This document shows positions 54,072-64,000 of a DNA stretch of 64,000 bases, one piece after another. Origin of the DNA: Lytechinus pictus (Eukaryota); contig NC_087250.1 in assembly GCF_037042905.1 (NCBI RefSeq), positions 8,496,001-8,560,000 of the forward strand, read 5' to 3'. The notes under the pieces were generated by a model that was not told the DNA's origin, made no database searches, and saw only the letters and a list, made by a program, of their open reading frames with translations. Position numbers and translations under genes: made by a program. Every line of letters begins with the position of its first letter. The first letter of the stretch is position 1.

Positions 54072-54449
54072 CATATACACCAAATATATTTCCTCGCACT
54101 TCGATTTATTATTGTTTTATGTATTATGCGTTATTTTCATGACTGCTTAAAGGGATTGCCCATTTGTAAGGTCTGAATATAAATCATTTCCAGTCCGTAT
54201 TTACGTTCGCATTCAATAGTGGATTAATGAGATATGTCTGCTCTTCATGAATTTCTATAAGCATTAAATGTCAGTGAGTTACGTATGGCCTTAATTCCTA
54301 AGAACAAGCCTTAGATTGCCTTTCTTCAGGTCTGATCGAATTTCAAAAAATTTCAGCTCTCGAAATATTGGATTTAAATTACACATTTACACTATTCTTA
54401 TTATCATTATATTGATATTTTGTATATATTATAGTTATCATTATCATTA

Positions 54450-54498
54450 CTAGTAGTAGCAGAAAAAGAAGAAGAAGTAGTAGAAGAAGTAGTAGTAG

Positions 54499-54554
<56 letters not shown>

Positions 54555-54587
54555 ATAATACTACTACTACTTCTACTACTACTACTT

Positions 54588-54637
<50 letters not shown>

Positions 54638-54641
54638 TCTT

Positions 54642-54681
<40 letters not shown>

Positions 54682-54710
54682 TACTACTACCACTACTACT
54701 ACTACTATTA
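54450..54710. repeat. (TAG)n/(TAC)n microsatellite
   Basis: Direct reading. Confidence 0.95.
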
Positions 54711-55205
54711 TCGTTATTATTTCTATTATATATTATTGTTTTAAAACAAGCTCATTCAGAAATTCAGAAATAACGTGCATGCTGTACGTTCAACAGCTCG
54801 ACACCCCTTCCAAATCACCCTCACACACTCCTCCCTCCCTCACACACACACGCCCACATCATCACACACATCTCCCTATACACACAACCATCACCCACAC
54901 ACAATGAAATAATCACAATTGGTTTAATAGTAAACTGCCCTCAAAACAAAATCGTAGATTTTAAAAGGAGCGTATAGCTCTCAAAATAAAGTCACACTCT
55001 TCGCCCGTGCCCATGATATGACAAAAAATAAAAATGAAATATCCGTTTCTGAAACAGTCGTGAAGAACACTTCTTTCAGAAACGGATTTTGAATTCTCTT
55101 TTCTTGGTCAAATCATGTAATGGGTACTGACAAAGAGTGTGACTCTATCTTCAATTCATACATACATACATAATATATATATATATAATTATATATATAT
55201 ATATA

Positions 55206-55570
55206 TTGTGAAAGAAATGGATGAAGGGAACAATGGTAGGCGTAGCTTAAATCAAGGGTCCCCGGAGCTATCTACCCTTTGGAAAAAAATTGTGATGCCG
55301 AAAAAATGTCTCTGCCGGGAATCGAACCCGGGCTCGCAGCTTTGAACGCCGTTGCCTTAACCATTAGACCACAGAGACGGGTTAGTGGATAGGGCAACCC
55401 CGATCCGATTGACCGTCAGAGAGACGGATTTTTGACACTATACTAATTGTAATTTCCTTTGTCGGGTGTAGGTGGGATTTTGAATTTGATTTTCCAAAGG
55501 GTAGATAGCTCTGGGGAACCTTGATTTAAGCTACGCCTACCATTGTTCTCTTCATCCATTTCTTTCACAA
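55206..55570. mobile_element. MITE with ~80-bp TIRs in a (TA)n tract, carrying a tRNA-like gene
   Basis: 55206-55286 is inversely repeated at 55490-55570. Confidence 0.8.
55308..55378 (-). tRNA. tRNA-like gene or pseudogene with apparent anticodon TCA
   Basis: Manual cloverleaf GTCTCTG-TG-GTCT AATGGTTA AGGC-A-ACGGC GTTCAAA GCTGC-GAGC-CCGGG TTCGATT CCCGG-CAGAGAC followed by ATTTTTT. Confidence 0.55.
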
Positions 55571-57429
55571 AATATTTGAATAAATAAATATATATATATA
55601 TATATGTATACATATATATATAAATTATAAAACCCGTGAATGCAATTGTTGCAAAAAGGAATCTATTATCCCAATTCATTCTTTCTTTTATTATCATAAT
55701 TTTTTTTAGAGGGGGGGGGGGCAAATTAGAATTTTGCAATGGATTTTTCCCAACTACCATACGACTTCCGTGCCATTTCAACCCGAATGGTGGCCCGCCT
55801 TCCTCCCCCCCCCCCCCGTCTTTCACTCATTTGCTTATAAAACCATTATATAGAGAAAAGAGCCAAATACAATGCTTCGTTTTGTTTCAAGTTTGGTTTG
55901 TTTCATTCCATTTCATCTTAACTCAAAAACATGGGAACTCATTACACAGATATGATATGATAATCATAATACAAACGAATAAACAATGTATATAATAATA
56001 GTAACACTAATGGTAAACACTAACTTAGTGTTTAGTGATAAACATATTCATCAATAATTATATATACAATGGAGGTAAAACTACTTGTTGAATATTCTTG
56101 CCTAACATTGCTACCACCAGGGGCGGATCCAGTATTTTCAAAAGGGGGGGGGCACATTTTTCCGATGAAAATTTGACAAGGGGGGGGGGGGTTACCTACC
56201 ACTACCATAATAAATAGATTCAGATTCAGATTCAGATTTATTTCCAACAGAAATAACATGAATATTGATACAAATCATTTTCATACATTATAACAAATAT
56301 TTGCGATACAAATCATTGTCATTATAATCATAGTAAAAAACATCCATGATAATTAATATATAAATATATATACAATCTGTGGAAATAGGAGATTCACTCA
56401 AAAGCAAAGCTTGTATAATGTGAACCTCCCTCAAGGAAGAGAAAAGGGGGGAGAGAGAGAGAAAGAAAGAGGGGGGGGGAGAGAGACGCAATGGTTGCTA
56501 TTTGCCTACGGAGACTTACTGAATAGATTAAAAAGAACAAGATAACCCACAGAACAAGACAAAACTAATAAAGAGTAAAATACCACGAAGAAAAAAAAAA
56601 CAAGAACAAGAACAGGACGACACAAGGAGAAATAAACATAAATAGAAACAGGACGAATTGCGACCGAAATTAGAGAATAAAACAAGATGATAAAGACTAA
56701 TGATAAATGATAAATACTAAGCTACACTGAACATTCGAGGAGTTAGTACCTAATAATAGCAATTCTATTACGTAACATTCGTATAAGTCTTCAGAGGATA
56801 GCATTTCCCAGGTGTTAGGCAGTGAAATTCACACAATGGGATTCAAAGCAATCAAAATTCCACACAGGACCAGTTCTCTATAAAAGGCCCTAACCAATGA
56901 ATAGGAACCATATTTTTCAAGTGTGACGGCAGTGACTACACATCTTTATCTTCATGGTGAGTATTGAGGAGACGTAAGCCTACGGTCTCCTTCAGCCCTG
57001 CTCTCCGTTGGGGAGCAGGCATGGAAAGCCGCCTGGAGTTGAGTAAAAGCGGCAGCTATCATGGCAGTCTCTGATATTTTAAGGCATGCAAGTCATGCTG
57101 ACTTGGGCAGGAGGGCTCCTCCACCCATATTTTTGGTATGTGAGCCATACCTTTCTACATCAGGGGGCTGCCCTACACTGTTTCTTCATTAGGGCGCTGC
57201 CCTATCTTTTCTTCTAGAAATTTCGCTGATTCAGCACACCTTCACATCATTATAATGATTTACTCTGTAAACTCTTTGGTTTATCGAATTAAGCCATATG
57301 CTGATATGACATCGAACCATGTCATTGATTTGGATTGCGAGCCTTACCCTTATTACAGCCTTATTTTGACTTCAATTCATCCGAATAATAAAATTGCTTC
57401 CAACTTTTTCTTACTTGGCATTGCCAAAT

Positions 57430-60030
57430 TTTCTACAATACTCGTTCTAATGTGTGGTTAGTATACCAACCAATAACAGCAACTGTGCTGGACCAAGGGA
57501 TTTAATTTAACCCTTCTTAAAATTGTTGTCGAGTAATTACTACAGTATATACGCCTATATTCCAATCGGATTGTGTACAGAAGAATTCAATACGACACCG
57601 GAGCACCGATAATACTGATGGTCATGGCCAACTGTGTACTGGATTTACTTGTATTAGTTAATACTGCTCTGACAGTCGATTTTGTTTTCACCATCCCAAA
57701 GATGGAGAGTTTCTTACTCTATAGAAGCTACCATTCCTTTGCCATAGATTGGCATGAATCTTTCGCCATATCATAATAATGGGTGACATTCCCGGACATT
57801 ATGAACATGTGTATCTATGTATAAAAATTGTTATGCCTACATTTTGAATTATCCCTCATAGGAATCTTTTACAAGAACCATTTTCGTTTAAACATGTTTA
57901 AAAAGCATCGATTTGGAGTATAAACTGACATCGCTATAACATGGACTGGCACAGGCCTCTCTTTATAACCTAGAGTACATTGTACACAAAAGGCATTTTG
58001 CACAACGCAGGGAATCTTCTTCACTGCTTATAAAACGATGATCGATATGCTCTTGTGTTAAATTTAAAACAAATTAAACAGTTGTACCAAGAGCTTCACA
58101 ACAGCGATATTATCGCTAGATATCTCACAACTCGCGTGGATAATGCATAGACTTACTACTGTGCCATTTTACATATTCGCATAACCCGATTGGTTAGTGG
58201 CAAATTCATAGTCATTTGAATTGCTTTTAAGCTGGGAAAAGCCAAGTTTTGTCACGAAATTCAACTATCATCCATTTGTTGCTTGTAATATGAAGCTTTA
58301 CATTCCTCAAAGGAAAAAAGCATGATAAAAAATGCTTCATTAAATGATTATGGATCTGGAAGGAACTTCATGTTGAAATAAATTTTAATTGCCAAGATGC
58401 AAATCTCATTGTCTGAGGTTTACCAGACAACAATATATAATACACGCAAAATTGTTCCAACTAGTAGTTCATCCGTGCAAGGCGCCTAAATGAATAGCTC
58501 ATTACTATATTCTTATATTAAAAGAGGTATCTAGTACATTTTCACCAGACTTTGTAAATAGGCTACATGCTCAAGCCTGAACATTCTTTTGCTGATAGAC
58601 CTTCCCATTCATTCATGTTGTCCTTGACAACCTACATTGAAGATTTGTCAGACCATGGACCTATATACATGTACATGTATTCTTGTTATCTATTCATTGA
58701 ACAAAGAAGATTTTAATTAAAAAGATTGAACAAGGAAGATTTAAACAGATCGGATTTCTAACTTGACAAAGCACCTAATTATCCTTTCCAACGCAAGCCG
58801 TTGATACTAAGAGTATTCCAAATTCCCGAAGTGTACAACAAGTTGGATTAAGTAACCTTTAAACCTTTCAAAAGTTTAGAATGTATGCAGACATGCATTC
58901 CGACAATTTTGGTATTGGTAAAAACACTGGACAGAGATCCATTGTTTAATCAAAGTTGAAATTTCTTCCACCCTGTACTCATCTTGTACAAGACTATCAA
59001 CCATGAACCATCAACGTTGTGCCATGCAAAATTACACAATATGCTACCAAGAAGACTTAACTATATTTAAAGTAACTTTATATAATACATGGATTCCCAA
59101 GAGAACTTTTCATGAATGTTAACAATCAGTCATCTGATATAAAATATTGTATAAGCCATTATGATCCCTAGAGGATGCTGCTTTGATTTGTACATTTGTA
59201 TCGCTGAAATTGAGTTTTTTCATTACTAACTCCTCGATCACGAGGGAAATACACCAAAAAAAAATATGAAATTGTGTTGATAAATAGTTTGAAAAAAAAA
59301 AAAAAAAAAATGAATAACAATAAAACTGGGATTTCTGGAAGCGAGCTCTCGAGGTCTGTTTTACAGGGGAAAGTTAAAAACCTAACCTGCTTGGTTCTTT
59401 TACTATTTACATCATTCAATCAGACGACTATGTTATGTCATGTATAAAAAAATTGGAGATCGAAGTGTCATCATTTTGGACTTGTATCTCAAATTAATTT
59501 CTGACAATTATCAACATTAAGATTCATTACTTATTGTGCCAGTCAATTATGCTTATACTCAAACCGGATACTCCACAACCTATGATTGATCTCAATCACT
59601 GCTAATATCGTTAGCATGTTTATAGGTGTCGCGATCATGTTTTGTAAGGTATCTGACCTGCTAACTACCAACATAAATGTTTAGGAATCAATTTCTTGCA
59701 CGGCACCTATGCCCTAGAACAATAATTTTTTAAAACAAATTTGTTTTTCACAAACAAATGAATACCAATATCATTAACTATTCAAATTGATACGTATGTT
59801 TGATTAGAAGAATAAACTCCAATTTTGCAAGCTGTGCTGTAAACTACACCCTCGACCACCACTATGCTGATAATCAAGTATTATTGAATCATGGACCTAC
59901 CCATGATTGAATTAAGGCAATTTACTGCCTACAAATCCTTGTTGAACTCCTTGTCTCAATTACAGTATTTGACAGCAATATAACTCTTTATCAATTGTAA
60001 TGATAAAATTCATTAGTCGAACAAAATTTG
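57430..60030 (+). pseudogene. Heavily decayed Penelope-like reverse transcriptase ORF
   Basis: Collinear remnants: LTTYIEDL, KTLDRDP, AKLHNMLP, SDIK/LY, EIVLINS, QSDD, SVIILDLYL, LKPDT, QFLARH, LV(R)TK; many stops and frameshifts. Confidence 0.45.
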
Positions 60031-61469
60031 AAAACATGAAATTTCATTTAATTTAAACCATGGTTATCAAGTTTATAAATCTTTCAGGAAGCTTTTCTTT
60101 TCAGGTATTCTTACATCTAAATTCATTACAGCCTTTTATGGACTTCCAATTCGGGAGAATATCCTTTTACTTGGCACACCAAATTACAAGGAAGTTTGAT
60201 TCAATTTCATTGTACCAAATTGTTGAATGTTAATCTTTTGGGGGCAATCATAAATTATATCTTCTTATTTTGACGTCAATAATTCTGCTCTTCTCTGCTG
60301 ACAGCAATTACGTCCAGCGTGCTCAAACGCTGAATGAACCATCCAAATGTCACTTTCAAGAGTTGTCATGAAAGTTATTTTGTACGATGAGAAAATTATT
60401 TGAACATCACTACTTTGTTCTCTTCAATTATGAATTCTTCTTTGTTGATTGCTTTTTCTAAACTACTCTTCTCAGGTTAAAGGTGCACAAACATGACAAA
60501 GATTACTGTCTAGTATTCACCCATTGGAACCCCCTAAAAATATTTAGTAACCTTGTCTCAGATCAAAAACTGAATTAGTTTTTACATTTTATACCATCTG
60601 ACCATGATGCCTCAGTAATTGTTCCGCGTTTCATCAATAATTAACTACCTCCTTCACCACTAAAACTTTTGATTTGATCATAGAGAAATATCTTGACTTT
60701 TGATATCTGAAGCAAGATATTATTTTCATCCTTATATAGTACGATGAATCTTCCAACATTAGTTATTCTTATCTTAAACGTCGATTATTATATATGGCTC
60801 TTCCAGTGAGGCCATTTTCGCCTCTACTGCTGATGTAGAAAACCTTAAAATGATATAAAAATTATTTGAAAATATTTCACATTTATATCAATGGATTATA
60901 TAGAAGTATGATATGTACTTGATTGATCGGAGATAATTTGCAAGATGAATCGATGAGGAATATTTCACTGATTAATTTCCTCGCCTTCATTGAGAAACAA
61001 TTTATTAATAATTATATAAATATAATCATTGGCTGATTCAGTGTTCCTTAATTACATTTTCATAATGTCAATTCATTCTGAAGTGTTATAAATATTTCTA
61101 GTTTGGCAAGTGGCAACATCGTATGACCACGTTGAGGTAATATGATCTTTATGAGATCATTAGGGGAGATAACTTTCAAATTGTTTGAAATTGACTTCTG
61201 ATATGTGGCTTTGAACATGCTATCCTCTGAAGACTTATACGAATGTTACGTAATAGAATTCGTAAATTATACAAATAGTATGAAGTATAATTAGAATTCT
61301 ATTAGTAATAATGAAGTATAAGTCGAGGAGGATCCCACCCTGCATGACTGCATCAAAACAATTTTATTCCCTCCCGATTATACAGAAGTCAATTTTGAAA
61401 TGCAGAACTTATTTTGTGGGAATATAGCGCCATCTATCTAGAAATAATCTATTCCGAGGCACATTGTTA

Positions 61470-61683
61470 GTATTATTATCCCCGACTTAAGCACGAGCTG
61501 CCTCTTAGCGCTCAGTGCAATCAAGGAGTTGATCCTGTCGGTACCCATTCTCCTCACCTGGGTTGAGTGCAGCACATGGTGGGTATATTTATTGCAGAAG
61601 GAAAACATATCATGCCTGGAATTTGAACCCATGTCCGTCTGATTGAAAGACGAGAGTCGTAACCACTAGACCACGGCGCCCCA
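61470..61683 (-). mobile_element. tRNA-derived SINE nested between the ICR and right ITR
   Basis: A-box TGGTCTAGTGG, B-box GGTTCAAATTCC, CAACCCAGGTG core, (TAA)n tail. Confidence 0.75.
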
Positions 61684-64000
61684 TTCAAACACATACAACA
61701 AATTTGTACAAACCAAATGATTATTTGGTGTGTACATCTTGAAAAATTACTTAAGTGGATTGGAAAGCAATCCTGTTTCTAGTTCTTTACAAGATCTTTG
61801 TGTTTTTGTATGATCTTAGCCGTCTTTGAAAAGATGGTTCCTATTCATTGGTTAGGGCCTTTTATAGAGAACTGGTCCTGTGTGGAATTTTGATTGCTTT
61901 GAATCCCATTGTGTGAATTTCACTGCCTAACACCTGGGAAATGCTATCCTCCTCGACTTATACTTCATTATTACTAATAGAATTCTAATTATACTTCATA
62001 CTATTTGTATAATTTACGAATTCTTGTTACACTTCAGCTCGCGTCAAGTGCATCTGGAAGTTTGAATGCGAAGTTAACGGACACCAGGGCCCTGTCTTAC
62101 TGAGAGTTACGATTGATCCGATTATCCTAAAGTATATGGAAATCCATCAACGTCATAATTTTTTCGTCAGGAAATTTGCACAATGTCCTTTTTATTAACA
62201 AAAAAAAGTACACTGAATTTTCAAGAAAATTATGAATGTACATGAAAATATACGTCATATATAGAAAATATTTTGATCAAACATTTGTTTTAGATGTTGA
62301 TGTTGCTGGCTTTCCATAGTTTTGGTTGATTGGATCAATCGTAACTCTTTGTAAGACGGGTCCAGATATGTTTGAATCACCCAGGTCGAGTCTCAACGGA
62401 GCACAGCTTACCCTAACAGTCATCCTTGAGTACATCTTGGATCCATTTCATAAAACTAGTTATAATAACAAATTTCCATTTGGCAGTCAAAAGCTACTGA
62501 AGGCCTTCAATCTGATTGGCTGATAGTCATATAATATAGGAAATTTGTTTTAACAAGCCTTTATGAAACAGTACTCTTGCTAGTCACCATGATTTACAGG
62601 GAAGTTGTCATGCTCGGGAAATATCCTAGAACGTAAACGTAATAATAACTTAAGCCATGAAGACATTTCAAAAGTATTTACAAGTACATGTATATACAAG
62701 AGATGTAAGACAATTGATACTACAGCAGTTAACATAAATACATCAGGGTCCCTTAGTCCATCGCCTAAATCCACCACTGTTTTTTCTTGTCACTTTCCAC
62801 TTGAGATAGGTCCTATATTCAAAATGTTTTACTCACTCACTTTATTCAGTGTCCAAACTGTACTCTGGGACACGATTAGAAAAGTAAATGTCAAATCAAC
62901 ATTGAAAGGAACTTGGAGGAGTGAAACCTTTTCTAAATGTTGCACTTACCAGCATTGAATGGTTTGAACCAATACTTAAAGGGGTTCTCCAGGGTTAAAA
63001 AAATATGATTTGAACAGATAAAGAAAAAATAAAAACACCGAAAATTTGATCAAAATCGTACAAGAAATAACAAAGTTATGGCATTTTATTTTGGGATTTG
63101 CACTATTCCGACAGTAAGTTCTATAGGCATGTCTTCATCAATATCCAATACGCATACTGATGATCTCATATCCCCACTTTTTATTTTGTATTTAATTATA
63201 TGAAATTAAATTTATTCAATTATTTTCCTCAAGGACAAAAAAAATGGATTGACAACTGATTCAGTGCATTAGATATTCATTGCTACAACTTATTTCATTA
63301 TAAGGGTATCATAATTATCACTCACTTATGCATGAACAATTATGATTTTCTGTAATGATATTAGAAAAAGGAAAGTGGGGATTGACATCATCAGTCCACC
63401 TAATGAAAATTCATGGCGACGTGCGTATAACTGTTTTCACAATATATTGCTAAAATTTAAAATTCAATAACTTCACTATTTGTTATCAGATTTTGATGTA
63501 ATTTTCAGCATTTTGTTTGTGTAAATTTTACTCTATTTGTTTAAATATAAATATTTTCAGCCCGGAGGATCCGGATTCAGCTTTATGCAAAGTTGAATAT
63601 AAAATTCCGAAAATTTTGTCACTCTTCCAGCCTTTTAAATGTTGATTTCATATTTTAGAGTGAAATTAAGTGAAGTCTCTGAAAAAATGCTTAATTCTCA
63701 ATTTTCTCTCTCTTTTCAATACCCAAAGCGTATTAAGACATACGACCATAGAGATATATACTAATTAAGCTGGGCTGATACTTCCTTGTTGATAAAACCT
63801 TCGGCTGATCATCTTTATCCTGAATACATTAATATGTTACAATGAAATAAAATAAAATACCTCAAAATTTGAAAATTAAGAGGGCAACTTAGAAAAGGCT
63901 GTTTAAAAACATGGCATTGGTGTCAGTCTCATATTGTCTGAAAACAGTCTCCTGATGCCCGTGAAGAACTCTTATCGAGGCAAAAGAAGGTTGCTACCCA

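Larger units (their letters stand above)
56761..62024 (+). mobile_element. Non-autonomous retroelement with DIRS-type ITR/ICR architecture
   Basis: Identical 118-bp ITRs (56794-56911 and 61834-61951); ICR 61217-61333 complementary to both outer ends; AATTCT at both termini. Confidence 0.85.

Noticed and set aside
54379..54693. Poly-Val/Leu membrane-like ORF
   Set aside because: (TAC)n microsatellite translation
61226..61333. Hammerhead ribozyme suggested by CTGAAGA plus a stem
   Set aside because: No GAAA core after the stem; the pairing is explained by the ICR structure

Overview
AT-rich, repeat-dense animal genomic DNA; the repeat landscape suggests a sea urchin or other invertebrate deuterostome (inference). 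The only host gene I can support is CNOT4 (CCR4-NOT subunit 4 E3 ligase: RING, RRM, C3H1 finger, CAF40-binding motif) on the minus strand. I reconstructed 17 coding exons by hand from 26709 down to 652, all GT-AG and phase-consistent (about 736 codons); the last exon probably lies off the left edge. The rest is mobile DNA: TTAA MITEs, tRNA-derived SINEs, two CR1/L2-type LINEs, a decayed Academ element, a decayed CxxH DDE transposase and microsatellites. Most unusual items: (1) a 5.26-kb element at 56761-62024 with DIRS-type ends (identical 118-bp inverted repeats, an internal complementary region and a 6-bp crossover core) around what reads as a decayed Penelope-like RT; (2) a 3.43-kb near-perfect palindrome with a 2-nt loop and a 6-bp target duplication in a CNOT4 intron; (3) a MITE carrying a foldable tRNA-like gene with a TCA anticodon; (4) two alternative 9-codon CNOT4 start exons and repeated tandem duplication of CNOT4 splice junctions.
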